Source of the DNA: Candidatus Multivoradales bacterium
Lineage (GTDB): Bacteria; Acidobacteriota; Thermoanaerobaculia; Multivoradales; Multivoraceae
Assembly: GCA_965223325.1 (NCBI GenBank)
Contig: CBDCWI010000001.1
Span: forward strand, 1,792,001-1,856,000
Direction: 5' to 3'
DNA length: 64,000 bases
Part shown: positions 9,973-19,416 of the stretch, piece by piece
Layout: the number at the start of each line of letters is the position of its first letter
How positions within the stretch are numbered: position 1 is the first letter of the stretch
Notes under the pieces: generated by a model
Database searches by the model: none
Seen by the model: only the letters and a program-made list of their open reading frames with translations
Told to the model about the DNA's origin: nothing
Position numbers and translations under genes: made by a program

Positions 9973-11714
9973 CGACTGCCGGCGAACAACGGCGCCTGGC
10001 CTCGGGGGGCCTGCTCTCCTGGATCGGCCTCGCCGTTGGCTTTCTGGTTCTATTTGCCGTCAGCTGGCTGTGGCTCGCCGACCGGCCTCGCCCAGAGCTC
10101 ATCGAACAACTGATCCGCATCCAACTGCCCGCCCTCGAGCTGCAATTCCTGCTGCTGGTCGGGCTCGGTGCGTTCGAAGCCCGTGCCCTGTTTCGCAACA
10201 CCGGCGCCGGCCCGCACCTATGGCCGGCAGCGGCGCTGCTGGTTGCCATCGCACTCCTGTTGGTCGTCTTCGTCCCGCCGAAGACCAACCGCATCTACTA
10301 CGACGAGCAGATCTACCAGGGCATCGCCCAGAACCTCAGCGACATGCGCCGCGCGCAGATGTGCAACGAGGGCTACGTCGAGTACGAGATCCTCCAATGC
10401 CAGCGCGGCGAGTACAACAAGCAGCCCTACGGTTGGCCCTACCTGATCTCGATCCTCGATCGCCTGCTCGGCACCCGAGAAGCCAACGGCTTCTGGCTCG
10501 CCCGCTTCGCGCACGCCCTGACCGTGGGAGTGCTCTTTCTACTCGGCGGAGTGCTGCTTCGCCAGCCGACCGCCGGGCTCCTGGCCGGTGGCCTGTTTAC
10601 GTTCCTCCCGGATCAACTGCAGTGGTCGAACACCGTGGCATCGGAACCCGCCGCGTCGCTATTCGCGGCAACCGCGGTCCTCGCCGCCGCCCATCACGCA
10701 CGTGAAGACCGCTGGCGAAGCGGGCTGTGGCTGGCGGCAGCCGCCGCGTTCGCCATACAGCTGCGTACCGAGTCGCTCCTCATTCTGCCGATCGTCGGCC
10801 TGGTTTTCCTGCTCCAGCGACCACGTCTGCTCTTGCGGGCTCGCATCTGGTGGTGCGCTCTCTTTGGCGCCGCCCTCGCCCTCTCTCTGGCCGGTCACCT
10901 GTTCGCCGTGCGCACGGAGAACTGGGGGGCGAGCGGTCCGCGGATGGCGCTCGAGTACGTGCACTCTAACTTGAGCGTCAATGGCCCCTACTACCTCACC
11001 AACGCACGCTTTCCCCTGCTCGTGACAGCTCTGGCCGCTCTGGGCCTGGGCTTTCTTTTGACCTTCCGAACGCCCACCCCGAAACTGTCTTCGGTGGGTG
11101 CCAGGCGCGGCGGTCTGTTGGTGATCTGGTTTCTGGTCTTCTGGTGGACCTATTTGATGTTCTACGCCGGCTCATACTCCTACGGCGCCGACGTACGCTA
11201 TGCCCTCTTGACCTTCGCACCACTCACCCTGCTCGCCGGCGCCGGTGCCGACGCGGTCTTACGCTCGCCGGGGCCCGCCGGTCGGGCTGGCAAGCTGGTG
11301 CTGGTAGGCCTCGGCGTGATCACTCTCCTGTGGGCGCTGCCGCGCACGCGGTCGATCGGCGAGGAGGCCTGGGCGGCCCGCGAAGACGTTTTGATCGCGC
11401 GCCTCTGGGCTCGACAACTGCCGCCTCATAGCCTGGTGCTCACTCACAATCCGAGCATGTTCCACGTCTGGGGCCGCAACGCCGCCCAGGCATCGCTGGC
11501 AACGACCGATTCCGGCGTCGTGCGCGAAGTGCTGGCGCCGCGCTTCCCCGGCGAGGTCTACTTTCACTGGAACTTCTGGTGCAACGTCAACGACCCGGTG
11601 CAACAGGCCTTCTGTGTCGACCTGCTGGCGCTCTACGAGCACCAGCTCGTCTTCGAAGAACGCCGCCGGGACTACCGCTACGCCCTCTACCGACTCGACC
11701 TTCCGACACCCTGA
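9969..11714 (+). CDS. GT-C fold integral membrane glycosyltransferase (ArnT/PMT-like)
   Basis: YYDE acidic motif after the N-terminal TMs, about 12 TM helices, RY motif and a periplasmic C-terminal domain. ATGA overlap at 9969. Confidence 0.75.
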   Translation: MTTAGEQRRLASGGLLSWIGLAVGFLVLFAVSWLWLADRPRPELIEQLIRIQLPALELQFLLLVGLGAFEARALFRNTGAGPHLWPAAALLVAIALLLVVFVPPKTNRIYYDEQIYQGIAQNLSDMRRAQMCNEGYVEYEILQCQRGEYNKQPYGWPYLISILDRLLGTREANGFWLARFAHALTVGVLFLLGGVLLRQPTAGLLAGGLFTFLPDQLQWSNTVASEPAASLFAATAVLAAAHHAREDRWRSGLWLAAAAAFAIQLRTESLLILPIVGLVFLLQRPRLLLRARIWWCALFGAALALSLAGHLFAVRTENWGASGPRMALEYVHSNLSVNGPYYLTNARFPLLVTALAALGLGFLLTFRTPTPKLSSVGARRGGLLVIWFLVFWWTYLMFYAGSYSYGADVRYALLTFAPLTLLAGAGADAVLRSPGPAGRAGKLVLVGLGVITLLWALPRTRSIGEEAWAAREDVLIARLWARQLPPHSLVLTHNPSMFHVWGRNAAQASLATTDSGVVREVLAPRFPGEVYFHWNFWCNVNDPVQQAFCVDLLALYEHQLVFEERRRDYRYALYRLDLPTP

Positions 11715-11914
11715 TCGCCAACCTGAGGCAGCCCTCTGAAACAGCGCTGTGGCAGGGGCACTGCGCCGCTCTCTGCACTCCCAGCCGAATGAACGCTTCA
11801 GATGGGCACGAGAGTTGCTGCAAAGGACGCCACGCGGGATAATCGCGGAGCCTCGCTGATAGTGCGATGCCTGGCTGATGCTGCGCAGCCTAGGCAGGCT
11901 GTCTCGATCACCTC

Positions 11915-14689
11915 ATGAAGTACCTGGGCAAATACGAAGTCATCGAGCAGATCGGCGAAGGTGGGTTTGGGAAGGTCTACCGTGGCCGCGATCCCAACAT
12001 CAACCGCCAGGTGGCGATCAAGACCTGCACTTCGCAGAGTGACACGATCCGCGAACGCTTCTTCCGAGAAGCCCACATCGCTGGCAACCTCTTCCACCCC
12101 AACATCGTCACCATCCTCGACTTCGGTCAGGACAGCGAACCACCCTTCATCATCCAGGAGTTTCTCGAGGGTCGCGACCTCAAGGAACTGGTGGTCGAGA
12201 AGGACTGGGAGCTCTCGCTCGTGAAGCGGGTTCACTTCCTGACGCAGATCGCCGAGGCGCTCGAGTTCGCCCACGCCAACGACGTCATCCATCGCGACAT
12301 CAAGCCGGCGAACGTGCGTGTGCTACCCGACGACCGCGTCAAGGTCATGGACTTCGGGATCGCGAAACTCAAGGGCCAGGAGACCGGGCTAACGGAAACC
12401 GGCGTCGCAGTGGGAACCGTGGCCTATCTCTCCCCCGAGCAGTTGCGTGGTGAGACCATCGACCATCGCGCCGACTTGTTCTCGTTCGGGGTGCTCGCCT
12501 ACGAACTGCTCACCTACACGCGCCCTTTTCCCGGCAAGACGTTTTCGAATCTCTGCTACCAGATTCTCCAAGAGCAACCGCAATCAATTGGCGACCTGAT
12601 CGAGGGCTTTCCGCCCGAGATCGACCGCATCGTCATGCGCTGCCTGGCGAAAGAGCCGAGCGCGCGCTTCGAGAAGACCGACGGCCTCGCACGGCGGTTC
12701 CGCGAAGTGCGGCCCCTGGTGGGTTCATGGTCTGATCCCTACGCGGCGCGCGTCGCTCGCAGCCAGGAGGCCGACCACCAGGAGACTCGGGCAGACACGC
12801 CAACCACCGGGCAGAGCGCGGCGCTCCCGCCGGGCGCACCCGGGGCCCCATCCGAGCCGCCACCTGATCGCGAGACCTACGCCGAACTGCTCGGCCTGGC
12901 TGACCGCGCGCGCGAGGCGCTAGAGCGCGGAGACTTCACCCAGGCAACCTTGCTCCTTCAACGAGCCCGCGAGACCTTCGCCCACCAACCTCAGGCAGAC
13001 CAGATCCTCAGCGGGCTCGACAAGGAGCTGGCGGAGGTCCGTCAGGAGCGCTCGGCCGAGCGCCGCAGGCGCGAAGAGTTCGCGCGACTGGCCGAGCGGG
13101 TTCGCGCCGCCGTGCTGGCAGGCAACCTCGAGGAGGCCGAAACCGCTCTCGGCGAAGCGCAGCTGCTGGCGCCCGGAGACTCTCGCCTCCACCGACTCGC
13201 CGAACGTGTCGACACCCTGCGCCTTGCCGAAGCCGCTGACAAGACCGTTTCGGTGCCGGTGCCGGAGCCCCCGCCCAGCGAGGCCAAGAAAGAGGCCGAG
13301 GAACCGTCGGCCAAAGCTCCAACCAAAAAGACCGGCAAGGGGAGTGACGAAAAGCCGCCGGCTTCGAAGGAGTCTGTTCTCGAGAACGCCCCTACCCGCC
13401 CCCTACCGGGCGACGCGCACTCGAGCACCCAACCACTGCCCGAAGCGAAGCCGCCGAAGAGCCCCGCGAAAACACGACCCATCGCGGACATCACCTCGCC
13501 CACCCAGCGACCCGGCACGAAGCCGGAAGCTCCCGCAGGCAGGCCAACGCGCCCATCAAAGACAGATGCGAGAAGCGTCCCTACCGAGAAGCGCCGAGCC
13601 AAGGGCCCAGCGAAGAAGGCGGCCAAGAAGGCCCCTGCCAAGAGGAGCCCTGCCAAGAAGAGCCCCGCCAAGAAGACCAGGATGGCGAAGGAGCGCAGGT
13701 CACGACCCGAACCCCAACCAGCGAAACCACCGCAGGTCGCGGCACCCTCTCAGCCCCCGATCAGCGCGAACACCGACGACTCCAAAAGCGGTGCCCGGCG
13801 AGGAATGCCGTCCTGGATCCTGTTCGCGGTGCCAGCGGTTGCACTCCTGGCGGTCCTCGGCCTGGGCATCAGCAAGATGGCCAGTCGTTCGGTCGAGCCA
13901 CCAGCGACACCCGCGACAACGCCTGTCGCCGACACCCCACCTAGCGACCCGGCCGACGGACCACCCACGGCGAGCGATTCCCAGTCGGCCAGTTCGATCT
14001 TCGGCCCTCGCCCTGCCGGCGTCGGCGAGGAAGACGACCTGCGCGACTCAGTCGACGTTTTCGAAGACCCGCCGACCATCACCGAACCAGACGTGGGCGA
14101 CGACGCGCCGCTTCAGGCCGCAGACTCGCAACAGACTCCAGCAATCGAGCCCATCCCCCAGACCACCACCTCGATCGCACCCAGCACGTCTTCGACCAGC
14201 ATCGCACCCCGCGCGACCACCTCCATTCGCGCCACCACGTCAGTGCCGGAAATCGCCAGCACCCCCGTCGTCAGCGAGAACCCGACCCGGCCACCAGACA
14301 GAGCCCCTCCGGCAACCACCACCGCACCGGCAGTAACAACACCCTCTGAAGCGACGTCAGACTCCGACGGAGCCGCCGCAGCCGATCGTCAAGCGGTGCG
14401 CTCCCTGCTCCAGCGCTACGAAGCCGCCTGGGAAGCCCTCGATGCCGGAACCATCCGCGAGCTCCACCCCGCCTCGGGTATCAACCAACGCACTCTGCGA
14501 CGCAACTTCAAGAGCGTCGCCATTGAGATCTCGAACTGTCAGTTCGACCTGACGCCCTCAAGAGGCATCGCCACCTGCCAGGTCACCCGCCGCATGACAC
14601 CCCGCGCCGGCCCGGTCCAACAGGCCACGGGCGCTGGCTTCCGCCTACGCAAAGAGGACGGCCGCTGGATCATTACCGCGTTGTTCTAG
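11915..14689 (+). CDS. Hanks-type Ser/Thr kinase with helical region, Lys/Pro-rich linker, TM and extracytoplasmic C-terminal domain
   Basis: GEGGFGKV, VAIK, HRDIKPAN, DFG and SPE motifs; TM segment WILFAVPAVALLAVLGLGI. Confidence 0.95.
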   Translation: MKYLGKYEVIEQIGEGGFGKVYRGRDPNINRQVAIKTCTSQSDTIRERFFREAHIAGNLFHPNIVTILDFGQDSEPPFIIQEFLEGRDLKELVVEKDWELSLVKRVHFLTQIAEALEFAHANDVIHRDIKPANVRVLPDDRVKVMDFGIAKLKGQETGLTETGVAVGTVAYLSPEQLRGETIDHRADLFSFGVLAYELLTYTRPFPGKTFSNLCYQILQEQPQSIGDLIEGFPPEIDRIVMRCLAKEPSARFEKTDGLARRFREVRPLVGSWSDPYAARVARSQEADHQETRADTPTTGQSAALPPGAPGAPSEPPPDRETYAELLGLADRAREALERGDFTQATLLLQRARETFAHQPQADQILSGLDKELAEVRQERSAERRRREEFARLAERVRAAVLAGNLEEAETALGEAQLLAPGDSRLHRLAERVDTLRLAEAADKTVSVPVPEPPPSEAKKEAEEPSAKAPTKKTGKGSDEKPPASKESVLENAPTRPLPGDAHSSTQPLPEAKPPKSPAKTRPIADITSPTQRPGTKPEAPAGRPTRPSKTDARSVPTEKRRAKGPAKKAAKKAPAKRSPAKKSPAKKTRMAKERRSRPEPQPAKPPQVAAPSQPPISANTDDSKSGARRGMPSWILFAVPAVALLAVLGLGISKMASRSVEPPATPATTPVADTPPSDPADGPPTASDSQSASSIFGPRPAGVGEEDDLRDSVDVFEDPPTITEPDVGDDAPLQAADSQQTPAIEPIPQTTTSIAPSTSSTSIAPRATTSIRATTSVPEIASTPVVSENPTRPPDRAPPATTTAPAVTTPSEATSDSDGAAAADRQAVRSLLQRYEAAWEALDAGTIRELHPASGINQRTLRRNFKSVAIEISNCQFDLTPSRGIATCQVTRRMTPRAGPVQQATGAGFRLRKEDGRWIITALF

Positions 14690-14800
14690 TGGCGCCCGTG
14701 GTTTCCGGCCTTTTTGTCGAGGGCCTTGGTTGGTGTCGCTGTGCTTTTGGAGTGGTGTTCTCGCGATATCGCGAGGTCGTGTACCACGGGCGCCACTAGA
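14685..14800. repeat. MITE-like module with perfect 18-bp terminal inverted repeats ending in CTAG
   Basis: tctagtggcgcccgtggt (14685-14702) is the exact reverse complement of accacgggcgccactaga (14783-14800). Confidence 0.75.
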
Positions 14801-15993
14801 GTCACTTTTGCGGCGCAAGCGGTCCGCAGGGCGCACCTTTTTCCTCGGCGCTCGCCCTGCAGATGCGACCAGGAACTTCAAACGAACGGCGCGCGCCGCG
14901 GATTCCGGGCTTCGATGAAACTGACTTTTCTCGAGCACGAACGAGACGATTGCCTGCCTGAACGTTCGACGCGAAGAAGCCCGCCGGGCAGCGCCAGGGC
15001 CAAGGTGTTGCGGCCTTTTTGTCGAGGGCCTTGGTTGGTGTCGCTGTGCTTTTGGAGTGGTGTTCTCGCGATATCGCGAGGTCGTGTACCACGGGCGCCA
15101 CTAGAGTCACCTTTGCGGCGCAAGCGTGCCGCGGCGCGCACCTTCTTCCTCGGCGCTCGCCCTGCTGGTGCGACCAGGAACTTCAAACGAACGGCGCGCG
15201 CCGCGGATTCCGGGCTTCGATGAAACTGACTTTTCTCGAGCACGAACGAGACGATTGCCTGCCTGAACGTTCGACGCGAAGAAGCCCGCCGGGCAGCGCC
15301 AGGGCCAAGGTGTTGCGGCCTTTTTGTCGAGGGCCTTGGTCGGTGTCGCTGTGCTTTTGGAGTGGTGTTCTTGCGATGTCGCGACGTCGTTTACCACGGG
15401 CGCCACTAGAGTCACTTTTGCGGCGCAAGCGTGCCGCGGCGCGCACCTTCTTCCTCGGCGCTCGCCCTGCTGGTGCGACCAGGAACTTCAAACGAACGGC
15501 GCGCGCCGCGGATTCCGGGCTTCGATGAAACCAACTTTTCTCGATCCAGGGCTGCGACCAGTGCCTGGATGAACATTCGGCGCCAAGAAGCGCACCGGCC
15601 GTCGTGGTTTCCGGCCTTCTTGTCGAGGGCCTTGGTTGGTGTCGCTGTGCTTTTGGAGTGGTGTTCTCGCGATATCGCGAGGTCGTGTACCACGGGCGCC
15701 ACTAGAGTCACCTTTGCGGCGCAAGCGTGCCGCGGCGCGCACCTTCTTCCTCGGCGCTCGCCCTGCTGGTGCGACCAGGAACTTCAAACGAACGGCGCGC
15801 GCCGCGGATTCCGGGCTTCGATGAAACCAACTTTTCTCGATCCAGGACTGCGACAAGTGCCTGGATGAACATTCGGCGCCAAGAAGCGCGCCGGCCGTCG
15901 TGGTTTCCGGCCTTCTTGTCGAGGGCCTTGGTTGGTGTCGCTGTGCTTTTGGAGTGGTGTTCTCGCGATGTCGCGAGGCGTGCTGGTGGCTAG
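14686..15993. repeat. Tandem array of four complete ~300-bp units plus a partial fifth
   Basis: Anchor gtcgagggcc at 14716, 15021, 15326, 15622 and 15918 (periods 305, 305, 296, 296). Internal palindrome ctcgcgatatcgcgag. Confidence 0.95.
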
Positions 15994-17324
15994 AAGCTGT
16001 AGTCGATGCCGATCGTGGGAACGACGCCGTCGATTGCCAACCCTTCATCGCCGAGTGGGAAGAGAGCGTTGACCGACAGGAGGAAGGTACCGCCGAGGTT
16101 GATCCGCAGACCAGCGGCACCGAGCAGCAGGTTGACATCGTCTTCCTGGAAGACCAGCACGTTGCGCTCGGCCGTTTGCGGGGCGACGCTGCCAGGGCAC
16201 GCACCGATGATCTCGCCGGGGCAGAACTGAAAGCTCTCGGCCTGTCGCTGCACCGTCTGCGAATCGAGCAGGGTGCGCCCGATGGCGTCGACGGCGAGCG
16301 TAATGCGCGGATGGAGTGCGGTGTCGAAGCCAACGGTGTAGTTGATCTCGTCCGAGAGGTCGCCGCTCGAGAGCGTGTAGCCAACGTTGAGGTGCGGCGA
16401 GAAGCTCGAGCGCGTGCCCGACGCGATGAAAAAGAGCTTGCTTTGGGTCTCGCCGGTGCCGAGGAGTTCATCTTCGTCACCGGTGGGCAGGCGCGACTCG
16501 ATGCCGAAGGCAAACGGGCCATCCTCGGAGAAGCGGTACTTGGCGCGGACCAGGACGTCGCCGACGCCCGAGGCGCTATCCGATTCACTGAACACCGCCG
16601 TGTCGGGGTCGCCTGCCGGGAACTCGTGGAGATCCGGCAGAACTGAGTTTCCAGTCGAGAGGCGATCGATGGTGAGAAGGGCGGTCGCGGTCAGGTCGAC
16701 CGAGACGAAGGGCACCGCCACGCCAAAGTCGAAGCGATCGGTAACACCGTAGTTGAAGAACACCACCGACTGCTCAGACTCGACATCGATGTTGGTCATC
16801 GCGCCGATCACGTCCCCTTCGAAAAAGTCCACCAGGCGGCTACCGTCGTTGTTGACATCCTTGTGCAGCAGCTGAAACTGCAAGTCGCCGTTGTTGAGAC
16901 CGAGGCCATCGAGCTCGTCGTACTCCGCGGTGAGATAGTTGATGCCCGCGTTCCACTTCCCGCGACCGACTGTTGCCGAGCGCTCGGCAAACATCGGCCC
17001 GAAAGAGTCAGACTCGCGGATGAAGGTGCCCGAAGAGCTGTCGTACGAGTAGGTGAAACCACCGGACGAAGACGCCACCGGGAAAGTCGCAAGCTGCGAA
17101 GCCAGGGCGCCGTTGAGGCTCAGACCGATGTTTCTGAGCGTGCCGTCCTCATCTTCGAAGTGAGCCTCGTGCCCGTTGTCTTTGAGCTCGATGTTGGTCG
17201 TGAAGACGCGCTCGATCAGACCACCGAGGCCAACTGAGGTTTGTGCGGTAGCCGGGGCCTGGAGAGTGACGGCAAGGACCAGGGCGACTGCAACGCTGAG
17301 CGAACTCGTTGAGATCTTGTACAT
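15990..17324 (-). CDS. Outer-membrane beta-barrel 'transporter' family protein (Phenol_MetA_deg-like)
   Basis: Signal peptide, GVGD, LPTG and LGTG motifs, amphipathic strands, C-terminal GIDYSF. Start uncertain (17324/17336). Confidence 0.75.
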   Translation of the reverse strand: MYKISTSSLSVAVALVLAVTLQAPATAQTSVGLGGLIERVFTTNIELKDNGHEAHFEDEDGTLRNIGLSLNGALASQLATFPVASSSGGFTYSYDSSSGTFIRESDSFGPMFAERSATVGRGKWNAGINYLTAEYDELDGLGLNNGDLQFQLLHKDVNNDGSRLVDFFEGDVIGAMTNIDVESEQSVVFFNYGVTDRFDFGVAVPFVSVDLTATALLTIDRLSTGNSVLPDLHEFPAGDPDTAVFSESDSASGVGDVLVRAKYRFSEDGPFAFGIESRLPTGDEDELLGTGETQSKLFFIASGTRSSFSPHLNVGYTLSSGDLSDEINYTVGFDTALHPRITLAVDAIGRTLLDSQTVQRQAESFQFCPGEIIGACPGSVAPQTAERNVLVFQEDDVNLLLGAAGLRINLGGTFLLSVNALFPLGDEGLAIDGVVPTIGIDYSF

Positions 17325-17496
17325 AGGGAGCGACATCCTTCGGTAGGTAGGCACTGCGAAGACGCTTGGTGATCGCAGCCATTGTGGTGAATCAACAGTG
17401 AATCGAAAGTGGTGGACCGGGGGATGACCCCGACGAGTGGTGGGTGAAGACGAGTCGACCCGGCAACCGCGATACTTCGCTCAGAACGGTTTGGGC

Positions 17497-19086
17497 TCAG
17501 TTGTTCGGTGCGCCGTTGTCGACCCAGATAAAGAACGTGCAGTAGGCAGTGTCGGGGGTGGTGCAGGTCTTGGCAGTCCACGGAGAACCGCCGGTGTGTG
17601 GAAGCGATCCCGTGGCCTTGCGCAACAAGAGACTCGAGGCCGGGTTGCCAGTGTTGACATAGGAATTGCCGTGGCTGTCGTACTCGCAGTCGACGGTGCT
17701 GGTACTCGGAAAGACGACGCGAGTTCGCTTCTGCGAGGCGCTGCCACTCGAGAGGTCGAGACCGTCGCCGGTTGCAGACCCGTCGCAATGATGGCTGGAG
17801 GTGTGACAGGCCGTGCATCCCGAGGTCGTGAACAACGGAACAACGTCGTTGGCCCAACTGACCGACTGCACCGACGTCGTGGTCGAAGTGGTTGGAACGG
17901 AGGTTGTCGTCGAAGTGGCGATGGAGGTGGTCGAGGTCGTGCCGATGCTGGTTGTCGACGTCGTGCCAACACTCGTTGTCGAGGTCGTGCCAACGCTCGT
18001 TGTCGAGGTCGTGCCAACGCTCGTCGTGGTGGTCGTGCCAGCGACGCTCGTTGTCGTGGTGGTGTTGGGAACACTGGTCGTCGTCGACGTCGGGGTCGAG
18101 GTGGTAGTCGTGCCCGACGTGGCACAAGGCATCGAGCGGATGTCGATGATCGCCGGTGCCGCCTCGAAGTTGTTCTTCGCGTAGCGCCTGATGCCGGCGC
18201 TCTGACGATCACGAATGTCGATGTCGAACTTCACGTCGGTCGCCGCCGCAGCAAACAGCCAATAGTGATTGTTGATTCGGCAACCGTCGAGAACCTTGAC
18301 CAACAAGTCCCAGTTGCCCGGACTGAAGAAGTAGAAGAGTCCCGATTCGTCGTTGCCAAACGGAACCACACTCGCCTGCCCGCGCTGGCCCTTGCGCGAC
18401 TGCCACCCCACGTCGAGCTGAAACCGAAGCTTCTGGAGAAAGAGCACCTTGCCCGGTGAGCGTTCGGCAAAGGCCCCTTCAACGCGCGACTTGAAGGGGT
18501 CGTCGAGAAGGTCGAGCTGGTTGCCACCCACCACGTCGAAGCTCTCGAGGTCTGGCTCGTCGGTGGCCAGGCTGCCGCACACCGAGAACGCCTCGATATC
18601 GGTGATGGCATCGGCACGGGTACCTGGTGGGTTGTTGTAGACCGAGACCTGGTTGGTAAAGGTGTCGCGAACAGTGAGTCGATATTGCACATCCGTGGTG
18701 GCAGCAACGTAGACCCAGACGTGATTGTTGAGAGAACACCCGTTGAGAACCTTGACGAGCATCTCCCAGTTGTCTTCCTGGAAAAACCAAAAGAGCCCGG
18801 AGTCGCCGGATGGTGTGCCGTTGACGACCTGCCCTTGACGCACTCGGCCCAGGCTGTCGACGAAGTCAACCCGCGCGTTGAAGCGCCGACCCGGCCCGAG
18901 GTTGACCGAAGTCGCAGCGTCGACCTTCTGATCGAGGGTTGCGTTCGATGCCGGACGCGCCTCCGTGTCGCCCGTCGGTACCAGGCTTGCGATCACTGCA
19001 AAAGCGACCAGGCCCATCACGACGAGGACATGGGACAGGCGTTGCTTCGCCTTCTTTGGGTCAAAAAGAACGGACTTCAAGCCCAC
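17497..19086 (-). CDS. Secreted protein: two 'LVKVLDGC' domains, Thr-rich linker, C-terminal monoheme c-type cytochrome domain
   Basis: Signal-like segment, two WEMLVKVLNGC/WDLLVKVLDGC repeats, TTSTTSVG repeats, then CTACH with VSWANDVVPLF, GNPASSLLLRK...H.GG and WVDNGA. Confidence 0.85.
   Translation of the reverse strand: MGLKSVLFDPKKAKQRLSHVLVVMGLVAFAVIASLVPTGDTEARPASNATLDQKVDAATSVNLGPGRRFNARVDFVDSLGRVRQGQVVNGTPSGDSGLFWFFQEDNWEMLVKVLNGCSLNNHVWVYVAATTDVQYRLTVRDTFTNQVSVYNNPPGTRADAITDIEAFSVCGSLATDEPDLESFDVVGGNQLDLLDDPFKSRVEGAFAERSPGKVLFLQKLRFQLDVGWQSRKGQRGQASVVPFGNDESGLFYFFSPGNWDLLVKVLDGCRINNHYWLFAAAATDVKFDIDIRDRQSAGIRRYAKNNFEAAPAIIDIRSMPCATSGTTTTSTPTSTTTSVPNTTTTTSVAGTTTTTSVGTTSTTSVGTTSTTSVGTTSTTSIGTTSTTSIATSTTTSVPTTSTTTSVQSVSWANDVVPLFTTSGCTACHTSSHHCDGSATGDGLDLSSGSASQKRTRVVFPSTSTVDCEYDSHGNSYVNTGNPASSLLLRKATGSLPHTGGSPWTAKTCTTPDTAYCTFFIWVDNGAPNN
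17930..18040 (-). repeat. Imperfect 24-bp coding tandem repeat (TTSTTSVG)
   Basis: gtcgtgccaacgctcgttgtcgag-like units repeated 4-5 times. Confidence 0.8.
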
Positions 19087-19416
19087 GAGATAGCTCCGGG
19101 GAACGATTCCAAGCGATCAGACTCCGCCCCTCTTGCCGGACGGCAGGCACCCGGAACTTCTTGCGAAAACCCGGGATAACTAGCGAACGTTAACACAATA
19201 ATGCTCCGCCCCAGCCGCGTCACCTGAGTCGCCGAACAAGTCGCTAGAGGTGTCCGGCCAGACCTCGGTTCCTCGAAGAATGACGCTCGATCAGACCCCA
19301 TTCACGTTCACAAATGGGTTCTGAAACCGAGAGCAGGAGCCGCTGGTGGTTGCGATACCCTCTGCTTTCCATTCCTCACAACACCTCACCACAACCCACC
19401 ATCTCGGAGGACGGCG

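Noticed and set aside
14686-15993. CRISPR array, or protein-coding repeats (ORFs 14714..15223, 15019..15528 etc.)
   Set aside because: The repeats are ~220 bp with duplicated rather than unique linkers, and no cas genes are present. Periods of 305/296 shift frame and the translations resemble no known protein.
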